Assembly (NCBI GenBank): GCA_015680685.1
Contig: MNCI01002702.1
Location: forward strand, 63,450-127,449
DNA: 64,000 bases
Direction of reading: 5' to 3'
From: Gnetum montanum
Taxonomy: Eukaryota > Plantae > Gnetophyta
The position numbers were made by a program, and so were the translations under genes. The notes under the pieces are model-generated. The model had not been told where the DNA came from and did no database searches. It worked only from the letters and a program-made list of their open reading frames with translations. Below, piece after piece: positions 1 to 12,670 of the stretch. Every line of letters begins with the position of its first letter. The first letter of the stretch is position 1.

Positions 1-247
1 TGGTGTGGTGGCTAGGTAGAAAAATTGTTGATCACACACCCGATTGTTATATGTATGGTGGGTTTGGATATGAGGCATGTTAAAATTGTGGATTGGCCCA
101 GTATTGCACCCTTGAGTATGAGATGGTATGCATGGATTCATTTGTCTTCCCATGTTTGTAGATTCATTGGTTGAATGTGGGATTGGAGTATAGACAGATG
201 GTGGCCCTTGTGTATGGTTGGAGGATGTTAGTTTAGACCAGGAAGGT

Positions 248-865
248 TGATGGGACGTGATATCGCATACGCGATATCGTAGCCCGTCACCTTGTCTATA
301 AATAAGAGGCGGCTTTCCCTTGTAAGATCATCTAGATCTAGACCCTTAGCTAAACTCTAGCAATTTTGCCATTCCAGAGATAGAATAATTTCCATGTGCC
401 NNNNNNNNNNNNNNNNNNNNNNNNNNNNNNNNNNNNNNNNNNNNNNNNNNNNNNNNNNNNNNNNNNNNNNNNNNNNNNNNNNNNNNNNNNNNNNNNNNNN
501 NNNNNNNNNNNNNNNNNNNNNNNNNNNNNNNNNNNNNNNNNNNNNNNNNNNNNNNNNNNNNNNNNNNNNNNNNNNNNNNNNNNNNNNNNNNNNNNNNNNN
601 NNNNNNNNNNNNNNNNNNNNNNNNNNNNNNNNNNNNNNNNNNNNNNNNNNNNNNNNTAAAAAGATAAAAAACATAAAAATCATATACCTCAGACTTACTT
701 AACCATACAACCGTGACAATACAAGTAAGTCTGGGAAGACAATAATTGATTAATCTTAAGTGTTCCATTAGGGTGCATAAGCACTTAGTCCTTGGAGTTT
801 GATCGGATCGCGCATGCATGCTCGTATTCATATGGTTGAGTGTAGGGGTACCTTGCCACTCATCA
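248..865 (+). repeat. 5' LTR of A1 (interrupted by N gap 401-656)
   Basis: Both sides of the gap align to 9130-9911; TATAAATA at ~297; ends CCACTCATCA. Confidence 0.93.
401..656. other. Assembly gap
   Basis: 256 N. Confidence 1.
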
Positions 866-866
866 T

Positions 867-884
867 TGGCACCGTTGTTAGGGA
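867..884 (+). promoter_or_regulatory. Primer binding site, tRNA-Asp type
   Basis: TGGCACCGTTGTTAGGGA right after the LTR, close to the Athila PBS TGGCGCCGTTGCCGGGGA. Confidence 0.8.
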
Positions 885-1022
885 CTTAGTTGTTTGTGCG
901 CTACGTAGAACATAGGAAATCATTCACATCATTGGGAGCTAAAACGAACCCTTAGGGTTAATCAAGAAAAAAATAACATAACGGTAAACAACACACTGAA
1001 CAAAACTAAAATATCTTCTTCT

Positions 1023-3420
1023 TTGAACAAAAGCACTTCATTGCCTAGGAACAACACTAGAGACAGTCGGTGGCACAACACACATAACCAAAATCCACCA
1101 GTTCCTCAACCATTCAGTGTGGTATATATTCATCATGATGAATATATACCTGACTTTACCTTTTTCTTCCATCAAGATGAACAACTACGTTGGAGAGACT
1201 TGGAGGGTAACATAGTGTTGCGTCCAGACAGAGCAGCCCCCAACATGCTCCTTCATGCCCTTACACAAATAGGCATGTCACAATTATACGCTGAGTACGT
1301 TGCATGGAATTACAATGCAAGGGACTACCATCCCACAGAAGTGTAATGTTAGCAGTATTCGTGGCAGGGGAGTCACCACGCATTGTTGAAGGGCAAAGGA
1401 CCCCATAATGCTTCACCCATCATAAGCAAAATTAAGGGTGGTGAACCTATTTCAATAGGTTCTCCACAAAATGATGTTCCCCCTCCTAACGATAGTGAGG
1501 AGGTAGTATATTAGAATCTTCACTCCACAATTGACAACCCTGGTTCTGATCCCCACAAACACCAAGTGTTCAATGAGGAAACACAAACACAAGTTAAGTA
1601 CGAGCATTCTAATCGTCATCATGATCAGGGTTGAGATCACTGTCATGGTGATGGTTCTCCTTCCTCTTCCCCTTCATCATCACATTCACCCTCTTCTTCA
1701 ACATTTGGACACAGTCATAAGGAACCTAACCATGAGGATAAGGGTAAGTAAAATGAGAGACCTCGATGAGAGAGTCGAGAGTGAGGACGAGGGCATTCTA
1801 GGGAATCACAACATGGAAGAAGGGAAAGTAGGAAACCGCGTAGGCATCATAGAAGCCATGAGAGAAATGACCATGACGAACCCCTACTTGCAACCTGAAG
1901 CATGTTAGACATCACAGAGGCCATTAGAATACCTACAAGGCACCAAAAAGATAGCTGGATCAAGAGACTAGTCATGAATAATATCCCACGATTTGAGGGA
2001 GGATACAACGCTGATTCTCAGAACCACTTATAGGCATTTCATGATGCTTGTGCCTTGCAGAACATTGAAAACGAGTGGTAAAAGTTAAAGTTGTTTCCAA
2101 GGATACTCATAAAAGAAGTGGAAAGCTAGTATCGGTCCTTAGAGCTGGAATCCATTCGAAGGTGGAGTACGATGCTAGAACTATTTAACGATAAATATCA
2201 GACGTACTCTTGAGTGTCTAACTTGCGAAAGTAGATCCAAGGATGGAAGCAGGGTAATCATGAACCCTTGGATGCTTCCATGGGCTGATATTATGCACTA
2301 TTACATTGTTGCCCAGGCCATGGTTATGCACAATGGGATCAACTACGCCATCTCGTAGATGGGCTAAGACATGAAACCAGGAGAACCCTTGGAACATATG
2401 CCCAAGGGAAATTATTAGAGCTTAGGTCCCATGAGGTTCATAGATTGTTGGAGCAAGTAGTAGCTAAGGAAGAAGGAGAGCTATGTAAGAGAGAAAGCGT
2501 GGAAGAGTATAACTACGATCCTTCCCTTCGAAAGAGGGGAGTGAGATTCTGTGAGGAGGAGGATGAGTCACCACTTGAAGAGTTGATGAATCGGAAAACC
2601 TTGTCACTTCAGAAATTAACAACAGAAGTGTTAGCTAAGGTAGATTAAATGTGGGACTCCTTAGATAGTAGATTTGAAACTGTTTTAAAAATCGTAGAGG
2701 AGTCTAAGGAGCAAAGTAGTGACCATGATAGAAAAAGAAGAGGGATTTGGACCATGCACGTAACAAAGGTAAGGGTAAAATGACCATCACTGAAAAGGTT
2801 GTGAATTCTGATATGGACAATGACGGTGGATGTGAGATATGCCAATATGACCATCCTAAGGGATGTTGCCCAATAATCTTACATCTATAAGAGTCTAGGG
2901 TGTATGCACTTAACCCATGACTTAAAAAATGGGAAGCACCCCGACGGTTACCTTATTCCCAAGGTAACCCAAGGCAGTTCCACCAACCACTAATGTATTA
3001 TCCAAGTGGAACTCCACCACAACCTATTGAGCAACACCAGCAATGGAAATACCCATAGTCATGGGGGATGCCATCGCCAAGGCAACAATACCCTTACCGA
3101 CAACAGGATCCATATGGCTACTACATGCATCAGCCAATCTCTCCAAGTGACTCTATCAGTCACGCTACCCCACAATGTCACTACCAAGCTTAGGAGTACT
3201 ATACGACTCCTTCTCCTAGGAGAGACACACCACATGCATACCATCCTTCGAATCCATTCGCGACTCTTACACCAATAGCTCCACTACCACCCATTCCAAC
3301 AATGTAAGGGATATTCCCCACTCAACTATAACAACCCAATGTCACGAGGGCTTCGAATCCTTAAACCACAGTTGGTTTTGAAAATCTTATGCTGAAAAGA
3401 CCTTTGTTCAAAACCAACAA
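1023..3420 (+). pseudogene. gag: A1 gag, with N-terminal extension and Pro/His/Tyr-rich C-terminal tail
   Basis: From 1975: MNNIPRFEGGYNADSQNHL.AFHDAC...KLKLFPRIL...CCPGHGY, an Athila-type gag core with stops. Confidence 0.85.
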
Positions 3421-3629
3421 TCCAACTAAGCCCTCACCATCACAATCAGTTGAACATATAAACACCTCTGTACCAAATAAAGTTTAGGGACCTCCTTCAA
3501 TCCAAAAATCGAGCTTAATGCACACGGTTATGTTAACACATGCCATTACTGACTAGATTAAGGTGGGCCACCTTCCCAGGAAATTCTCTGATCCTAGAAG
3601 TCCTTTAATCTATCTCCAAGTCACTGGGA

Positions 3630-6600
3630 ATGAACCATGTAAAGCTCTTCTGGACTCAAGTTCTGAAGTCAACCTAATATCATAGGAGATGTACAAAGCC
3701 TGGAACCTCCCTCCACTAAGGAAGAGTAATATTCGACTAGAGCTGGCTGACCAGTCCATCATAGTCCCTTTGGGACTGGTGGAGGGCATCATTACCACTG
3801 TGAGTGATTGGTCATATCTAGTTGATTTCCTAGTGATACAAGTAAACAACGGTAAGGGGGACTTCCCAATAATAATGGAAAGAGCATGGCTAAGCACTAT
3901 AGATGCACACCTAGGAATCCGCAATCTTTCCCTGGAAATATCTAAGAAGAACACTTTTGGAAAGATCAAGAAGAAGAAAGTTCCATGCATCGCATACAAT
4001 CACACAGGGTGTCATTGCGTGCAGAAAGCATGGGTGATGTGAAGTTTGGCGTTGCCTTCATGCGATCGGTGTGCACAAGAAACTAATATACAAACATGCC
4101 TATATGCAGTAGCCACACAATAAGAGGACACCCAGTGGCTGATGGCTGATCAAGAGAGCAACTCGATAACATGCATGGAATTAACTGAGGGAATAACTAG
4201 TACTTACATTGGAAGCATAGACCCACTTGAGCAAGTCCATTGCCAACTTCCAAACGTTAGCCTTGAAAACATCAACTGGGGGAAGTTGGAAATTCCTGAG
4301 AGATCTAAATAATAGCCCCTTGATTTGAAATCATTGCCTACCGATCTGGAGTATATGACCCTCGAAAATGGAAAATCGGTGATCATCAACGCAAAACTTT
4401 TTCCCAAATAAAAAGAAATACTATTGAAAGTGATAAATAAGTGGTCAGAAGCCTTTGCCTGGTCATACCCCGAGTTAACTAGAATAGACCCTAGGATATG
4501 CCAGCATAGGATTTACACGGACCCCTCCATGAAACCTCAAAAACAACCATAGAGGCGATTGAATCCAAAATTGAAAAAAATAGTAAAAGAAGAGATAGAA
4601 CAACTTCTTAAGGCTGGGTTCATATATCCCATTGCCGATAGTGAATGGGTTAGTCCTATGGTGATCGTGCCTAAGAAGGGAGGTAAGTGGAGGGTGTGTA
4701 TAGATTTTAGGCTGCTAAACATGGCAACATTCAAGGATCATTTCCCATTGCCATTCGTTAACCAAGTCTTAGACACTATAGCAGGGCATCGCTATTATAC
4801 TTTTCTGGATGGGTATAGTGGATATAACCAAATACGGATAGCACTAGAAGATCAAGCCAAAAGAACATTCACCAGTCCTTGGGGAATGTTTGCATATAAA
4901 AGAATGTCATTTGGCTTGTGCAATGCTCCTTCCACATTTCAATGTTTAGTTCTAAGCATATTCCAACAGCAGATAGGGAACGGTGTAGAAGTCTTTATGG
5001 ATGAATTCTCCACTTATGGGACAAGCTTTGACCAAGACTTGGACCGATTAGAGAAAGTGCTAAAACTATGTGTAGAAACCAAGTTAAGGCTCAACTGGGA
5101 GAAAAGCCATTTGGTGGTCCAAGAGGGTGTAGTACTTGGGCATAATATTTCGCATTCAGGAATAGAGGTAGACCCAAATAAAGTTAGGATCATCCAAGGA
5201 ATCACATGACAACCAGAAACTGTGAAAGACATTCGGTCATTCCTCGGACACACTGGCTACTATCGAAGATTCATTGAGAACGTCTCCAAGATTTCCAAAC
5301 CATTGGTAGAACTAACGAAGAAGGATGCACCATTCGAATGGACCAGGGAATGTGAACGAGCATTCCAAACTCTGAAACAAAGGCTTGTAGAAACTCCCAT
5401 TCTACGAGCCCCTGACTGGTCCAGATCGTTCCATATAATGACTGATGCATCCAATTATGCCTTAGGAGTCGTACTTACATAGTTAGATGACCAAAAATGA
5501 CCTTATTACATCCACTATGCAAGTAAGAGTATCGCTGGTGCACAACTTAACTACACAACTACAGAAAAAGAATTAATGCTTGTAGTGTTTGCACTTGACA
5601 AGTTTAGGCACTATGTGTTAGGTTACAAAGTGTACATTCATATGGATCATAGTGTAATTAGGTTCCTCATGAACAAGCCAATGGTTAGCCCTCGTATTAT
5701 ACGTTGGCTGGTAATTCTACAAGAGTTCAATCTAATGATGATAGATCGAAAGGGCACCGAGAACGTAGTTGTAGATCACTTATCTCGGTTGCACTGGGAC
5801 AACAAAGAGGATGAATATGCCATATTTGATCATTTTTGAGATGAAGCCCTCTTTGCCGGTGTAGTGAATAACCAACCCATGGAAAAAATTGGTATAGTAG
5901 CATTCTTACCTATCTCCTTTCCCAACAAACACCACAGGAGCTGAACTTTAGGAAGAAACAACAGTTTCTCCATAGAGCCAAGTACTTCATGGAGATCAAC
6001 AGACAACTTTACAAAGTTTGTCCTGATGGCTTGGTTCAATGGTGCATGCTCGATGTGGACCAACTAAGAGTTCTCCAGGATGCTCATGAGGGCCCTTGTG
6101 GGGGTCACTATGTAGGGAGACAAACGACTATTAAGATCCTGCTTGCAGGATATTATTAGCCAACACTATTTTGGGATGCCGATCATTTTGTCCAATCCTG
6201 TGAGCACTGTCAGTGTGATGGAGGAATGACTGCTAGAATGGAGGGTCCGCAACAATGGATTCAACCTTTGGAACCCTTCGACATTTGGGGAATAGACTTT
6301 ATGGGGCCCATTACACCAATGTCCAATGGAAAAGCTTATATCATTGTTGTCGTTGACTATCTAACAAAATGGGCTGAAGCAGCTGCTGTAACAGATTGCA
6401 CATCATCTATAGTTGCATGATTTGTACAACAACAAGTCGTAAATAGGTTTGGTGTGCTACGTGCACTTATCTCGGATAATGGAACACACTTCATGGGTGC
6501 AACCTTTTGGAAGTTGATGCAACGCTTAGGGGTTGAACATAAATTGACTACACATTATCACCCCCAAGCTAATGGCTAAGCTGAGGTCACTAATCGGGAG

Positions 6601-7110
6601 ATTACTAAAATATTAACAAGGAAAATTAGCAAATATAGCTGAGATTGGAGCACTAAACTAAACGATGCTCTTTGGGCATACCGCTCCACTTGGAAACTCC
6701 CTACAGGCTACTCTCCCTATGAGCTAGTATATGGAAAACTTCCAAAGCTTTCAATTCAAATCGAGCTTTGTACACTATCCATGGCATGTGACCTCCATCT
6801 TGACCTTGATTTAGCACAAAAATAAAGATTAACAACTCTAAACGTGCTAGACGAAAATCGATTGGTTGCCTTGTCATCAAATGAGTTGCACAAGGCACAT
6901 AACAAACAACATCATGACTTAAAAATTCAAAAGGTTAAGTACCAACCAGGAGATAAGGTCTTTTACTAGAACCCCACACATGTGCCCCAATGCATAAAAT
7001 TTCAAACATTGTGGGAAGGGCCTTACATTATTCACACAACTTCTCCCTCAAGAGCCATGACCATATACAAACCTGAAAGCCCTGATAAGAGATTATTGGT
7101 CAATGTGCAA
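3630..7110 (+). pseudogene. pol: A1 pol: protease, RT, RNase H, integrase
   Basis: KALLDSSSEVNL; WVSPMVIVPKKGGKWRVCIDFR..KDHFPLPF..FLDGYSGYNQI..FGLCNAPSTFQ..VFMDEF; TDASNYALG; PFDIWGIDFMGP..VDYLTKWAEA; WEGPY; multiple stops and frameshifts. Confidence 0.95.
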
Positions 7111-9129
7111 TAAACCAAACCCTTCCATGAACTTAGAACAGCTGGTGCACATAATACCTCTAAGAGAGGACAACCTCGCTCATTATTTCAAATCTCTTCC
7201 TTTCAATACAGTCATGGGGGAGATGGTCACCTATGCTGATCATTTGCAACCCTCAGTTTCTTTTTATGTTTTTTTTACACATTTTTTTTTACAAATTTCT
7301 TTAACTTTTCTTATTTTTTTTACAACATCATTTATACTCTTTCATTTCTTGGTTTGTTTGTTTATTTTGTTTGATTCGTCACCTAATAAGTGCTTCGAAG
7401 ATGGTATGAACTGTATTCCATTGATTGCTAATGTTTGGTTTTTACATTTAAGTTATGATATTGACACTAAGGTATGGTTCTTTTGATATAACAGGCAATG
7501 AGTCCACATCATCCATGCATCCATAAAATTCTATGGTCTCTCTTGGCTTGGAACTGTACAGTCCCTTTTTCTCAAAATAATAAGAACTATCAACGAATTG
7601 GTGACTGAGTATTTCTCAAACTAAGGAAGGACTCAAGGATTGAAAATGGTGTGACTTCAAGGGAACTTGATGCATTTGTGCTGGCCATTCTCTTGGGTGC
7701 TTGGATGTTTTCTTCTTGAGTTTTTTTACCATTTCGACGTTATCCCATTATCGGGAAGCTGACCAAATAAAAATAATAAGTCTTTGCATGGTGTGGTTCT
7801 CACGCAAAAAACAAAAAAAAAAGTGAGAATTCAAAGCACATACCTTAGACAGAATAATCATCTAGGCTACAAGCACTGGTTATGAAACTAAATTAAAAAA
7901 ACAAAGTTCCCTCTAACTAAGGCCCTTCCTTGCTTCCTACCTTCTCGCATTTCGTCGGAATGGTGGTGGCTCTTTGGTGGAGACATTCTTATTACTTCAA
8001 GTGGATGGATTGGCCAAACGTATTAATGCGAAGTCACTGGATGTGGTTTGTTTGAGGCTAGATTTGGAATGAGATCTACTAAGTCACATTAACCATTAAT
8101 ACACAAGGGGCTGTACACCACCTTGTTCTTGGGACTCCATTCCATTCTCTTCTTGCCATCCCCCTTTCTCCATTTTTACCTCATTGTCGGTTGTATCAGT
8201 AGTCTGTATTTTGGTTGATACATTGTTTTCTTTTTGGTAAACTCTTGTGGTTAAGAATTTAACTCTTATCTTCAAATGACATTCCTAGAGCCCATGTACT
8301 CTTTGAATGTGGAATTCTCATGGCATTAAGGGCATGAGCCTACTTTGGGGAGGACCCACTAGCATTCCTATTTGGTGCATCAATTAATTTCTTTCCCTTA
8401 AAACATTTTCGCAATCACCATTTATTTTGTTCATTTCCATCTTTAACATCCATTTTATTGGCGTGGTCATTGTTTCTTTTTCTCCATCTTTCTTATTCCT
8501 TCTCTTTTTCCATTCTATCGCTACGGGAGGTTTGCTCTCAATCATGGGGGTCCTAGTCCAATTTTTTCAATTTTCTTGTAATCCCTACACCTCGGGTGGT
8601 CACCAGTATTATATCTCCAGATCCACATTAGCCATATCACAACTCAGCCAATGGACCTTACACTGAGGCAAGGTATTAACTGCACTATGATTCATTTACC
8701 CTTACTAATGTCAGACTGTGTTGTGTGTGTAGATGACAATCATACAACAACGGATTGGATCTAGAAGGAACACTTGGAATGGACTAGTGCTGAAGTAGTT
8801 ATGCAAGGAACAAGATTGATGATGCACTTATGGATGGACAATAAAAAGCACAATCTTGGCGTTGGTAGCAACAAACTTCTTCTTTTCTTCTTTTCTCCTT
8901 TTTTATCTCTCTTCTCTCTTCTATCCCAACTGCCAAGTAAGGCTGGATGTCAAGTGTGTATAGTGTTCACTCTTGTTGTCGTGAACACTAAATTTGGTCA
9001 TGTATTGTAATGATGATCCATTCACATGTCACCCCATCTACCATTAGTGTCATTCAAGTCAATAATCCCATACCTTCCTAATATTTTCTAAGGAACTCGA
9101 GGACGAGTTTTCATTTAGTCATGGGGGTA

Positions 9130-9911
9130 TGATGAGACACGATATAGCATGGGCCACGATATCGCGTACGCGATATCGCTGCCCTTCGCCTTGTTTATAA
9201 ATAAGAGGCAGCTTTCCCTTGTAAGATCATCTATATCTAGACCCTTAGCTAAACTCTAGCAATTTTACCATTCCAGAGATAGAACAATTTCCATGTGCCT
9301 GCAGTAGGAGTCTCAAAGTGAACGGATCTTTATTCCAGCAAATTATACCTAAGCACACATTTGTGTACGGAAATAAAGATGAACTTTTTGATAAACCTTG
9401 CAATGCATGGACTAAGATAAATAAGATTTAATTAATGTTAAATGTTTAAATGATTTCTTAGATAATTAATCTCTCTCAACCCTTTACTCTCCTAGTTAAG
9501 TGCATTCAGTACAATCGCTTCGAGCACATGTGTAACGCTTGGTAACCCAGTAACGAGTAGCGTTTGGTAATCCCAGTAGCGTTGCACAAGTTCAGGGTGT
9601 GTACGGCAAGTGGGGATAGATAGTGATGCTAGGACAATTAGAACTTAGTTAATTAAAACTATTCATTTAGTTTCTTCACCATTCACCTCTTAGCATAGGT
9701 GTTAAAAAGATAAAAGACATAAAAATCATATACCTCAAACTTACTTAATCATACAACTGTGACATTACAAGTAAGTCTGGGAAGACAATGATTGATTAAC
9801 CTTAAGTATTCCATTAGGGTGTGTAAGCACTTAGTCCCTGGAGTTCGACCGGATCGCGTATGCACGCTCATATTCGTATGGTTGAGTGTAGGGGTACCTC
9901 GCCACTCATCA
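9130..9911 (+). repeat. 3' LTR of A1 (782 bp)
   Basis: TGATGAG...CTCATCA, preceded by PPT CATGGGGGTA. Confidence 0.95.
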
Positions 9912-12085
9912 AAGGTGGTGCACAAGATTGGCCTTATGCAGGCTCAGATGATGTAATGGGTTCACACATGGTTTGCTTCAGCTTATGACCTTTCCTCCAA
10001 AAGGGACATTTTCGACATTGCGGTTGGGACCCATTGGTGTTAGCATGGCTATGCACATTTGTAGCACAAGTGACACTTATTCATTGATACTGTGGTGGTA
10101 AACCTTCTTGAGTTATTGACAATGGAATTGGAGGATGTGAATTATGAAAATATTGAGGGTAAGTTGGATGGTAAGAGGCGTAAGGTGGTGATCCTTCAGG
10201 TGATGTCATGTATTGATGGTACTTGAGAGAGTGGTAGTGGCAATTTGAAGTGGAGGATGTCGAACTGGTTGGAGAAACAGGGTGTTGAACATAATAGCCA
10301 TGTGTTTTTGGCAGATATGGTTGATTTGGTGGTGGCCTCCTCCACGACTATGGTTATTGCCACTATGGTTGATGACTATGTTGAGGTTGGTGGTAAGTCC
10401 CGCTAAGATGGTACAATTGATTGTGGGACTATTTATAATTACCTTGTGGGAGAGGAAGTCTCATGGGCATGTGCTTTTACACAAATTTTTGGTTTAAGGC
10501 ACTTGCCCAATACTCCTCTAGATGCAACAATACAAGGAATTGGCCCTTTAGATGGTCATATATGCATAGTTCGCATTCATCATCTTCGTTTGTGGTGGAG
10601 TATTTAGCCTCACTTTCTTCAACCCTTTTTTTCATCTACTGAAAAGTGTTCCTAACTTTTTCTTGGTTTTGTGTCCTCTATTTATAATGTTCACCTAGTG
10701 TGTGTTGTATGATCTTCTTTGCAACTATCTCAATAAGAGTTGTGAAATTTTTGTTTATCCATTTGGACATCCTATTAAACTTTTCTTCTAGATCATTGAG
10801 ACTCCTACATCAGCAAGGTTTGTTATTGGATCACGTTATCGAGAGTAGTTTCATTTTCCTTACCATAAATTTGGATCTCCTTCGACTGAAGAGTTGGGTC
10901 CCATTGAGATTGCTTGACTTTCTTCCATTTGCACATCTCTCCTTATTATTTTGCCACATGCTCTATTATCTAATGGGCTTAATGCTCATATAATTGCCTT
11001 GGGGCATACATCCCAAGCATCACCCTTGTTTCATTACAAAGCCCATCTATGATGTGGTAAAGTTGCTCTCCCTCGAAGAAACCATGGCCTGGGCATTGAT
11101 TTAGTAAGGCATAATATCTATCTAAGACCATGTCTAAGGGTTCATTTTGTTCTTGCTTCCACTCTTGGATTTGTCTCCTCAAATTGGACACTCTTTCATA
11201 GGTTTGGTATTTCTCGTTGAAAATTTCCAGCATTGTAGACCATCATTGGATTGAATTTTGTCTTGACGATCTATACCACACTTTGGCTTTATCAATTAGT
11301 GTCCTAGGAAAGAGCTTAAGCTTTTTCCATCCACTTTCAATGTTATAGTTAGCATAGGCATCATGGAAGGCTTGTAAATGAAGTTGCAGATCTGAATCAT
11401 AACCTCCTACAAATTTTGGAATATTATTCATGCCAAACTTAGGTAGTCATCTTTTTGCGATGCCTGTGAGATATCTTAATTGCCTTTATGATATGCATTA
11501 GGCTCTTAATGGCCAACAAGGGTTCATCATCATCAAATATATTGTGAGGGAAATTTTTATGTTCATGGTGACTTCTTCGACTTTTCCCGTGGGTTTGATT
11601 CTTGTTTTTAGTCCGACCCTTTAATGGAGCTTTATCCCTATACCTATGTTCATCTTCATAAAAATTAGAGATTGAAGGGAAAGAGGAAGATAAGGAACTT
11701 GAAGAGTTACCATGGCTTCTATGGTGTTCCTTAAGGTCCCTTATTTATTGTTTCTAGTTTTCAAGGAGGTCTTAGGCCTTGAGGCCTCCCCTAGTTTAGG
11801 ACCTGTGTCATCTCTTTTGAGATTTTCTGGCTTAGGTGAATGTAGTCTTTGAGTGTCGTCAGGGTGGCCATAATCATAAGAAACCCCTACATAAGGTTGA
11901 TCACTCCAATCTTCTTCATCATATATTGCATTATTTATCCAATGAATGTGTTCACTATATCGTGCATTATCACTTTTATGTGAGAGAGACATTGTTCTTG
12001 GTTTATGGTGTGTGTGAGCTAAGAGTTTCTAAAAGATATATCGTTAATTCCTTTTTAGTGATTGTGTATAATATAACTAAGCCAA
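9912..12085 (-). mobile_element. gag: Minus-strand Athila-like element A2, gag region (continues at 1-247), interrupted by A1
   Basis: ORFs 11243-11431 (MNNIPKFVGGYDSDLQLHLQAFHDA..KLKLFPRTL) and 10979-11233 (..LLNQCPGHGF) homologous to A1 gag; P/H-rich tail split by the AAGGT TSD. Confidence 0.88.
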
Positions 12086-12670
12086 TGATGAGTAATGAGG
12101 TACCCCTACACTCAACCATATGAATCACAAGTGTTCATGCACAATCCAGTCGAATTTCATGGATGGGACTAGTTATGGAATCTAGATCCTTATGCTTTGA
12201 TCGCAGTTTACTATCTTCCCACTTAGACTAGTGGTATCTTTATCATGTAAGGTCTAGTCCAAAGTGAGGCATATGATGTGGTCTAATTTCTATGCTAATC
12301 CTGATGAAAATAAAGAGATAAATTAATTAAACTAATAAATGATATAAAGCAAGATCTAAACTAGCCTAATATAAGTAACTACCCCACTTTCTTGGACACA
12401 TCCTAAACACATATGGCACTTCTGGGCTACCAAACATTAAGCATTGCTGGGTTACCAAGTACTATATGTACATTTCAAGTGGTTGTTCTTGTGTTCATTA
12501 ACAACCAGAAATAAATTACTTAATTCAAATGCATTTAAGTAGAAAGCATGAAAGTAAAGTGCATTAAAGGAAATAGTAATCTATTCTCAGTGCTGCAAGG
12601 ATTATCAAAAGAGTTCATTTTAGTCCCATCACATTAATACGCTTAGGTACATCAGTGTTGAGCATACTTC
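12086..12670 (-). repeat. Truncated 5' LTR of A2
   Basis: Reverse complement of the ...TGGTTGAGTGTAGGGGTACC...CTCATCA end shared with the A1 LTR; similarity lost near 12670. Confidence 0.75.

Larger units (their letters stand above)
248..9911 (+). mobile_element. Full-length degenerate Ty3/gypsy Athila-like LTR retrotransposon (element A1), no env-like ORF
   Basis: Two LTRs with TGATG...CATCA ends, 5-bp TSD AAGGT (243-247 and 9912-9916), tRNA-Asp-like PBS, gag-PR-RT-RH-INT order, PPT before the 3' LTR. Confidence 0.95.

Noticed and set aside
346-831. ORFs spanning the N run
   Set aside because: Artefacts of translating Ns inside an LTR
7103-7486. Hydrophobic ORF as an env gene (also 45710-45970)
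   Set aside because: Translation of T-rich post-pol non-coding tracts with no protein-level conservation between A1 and A4
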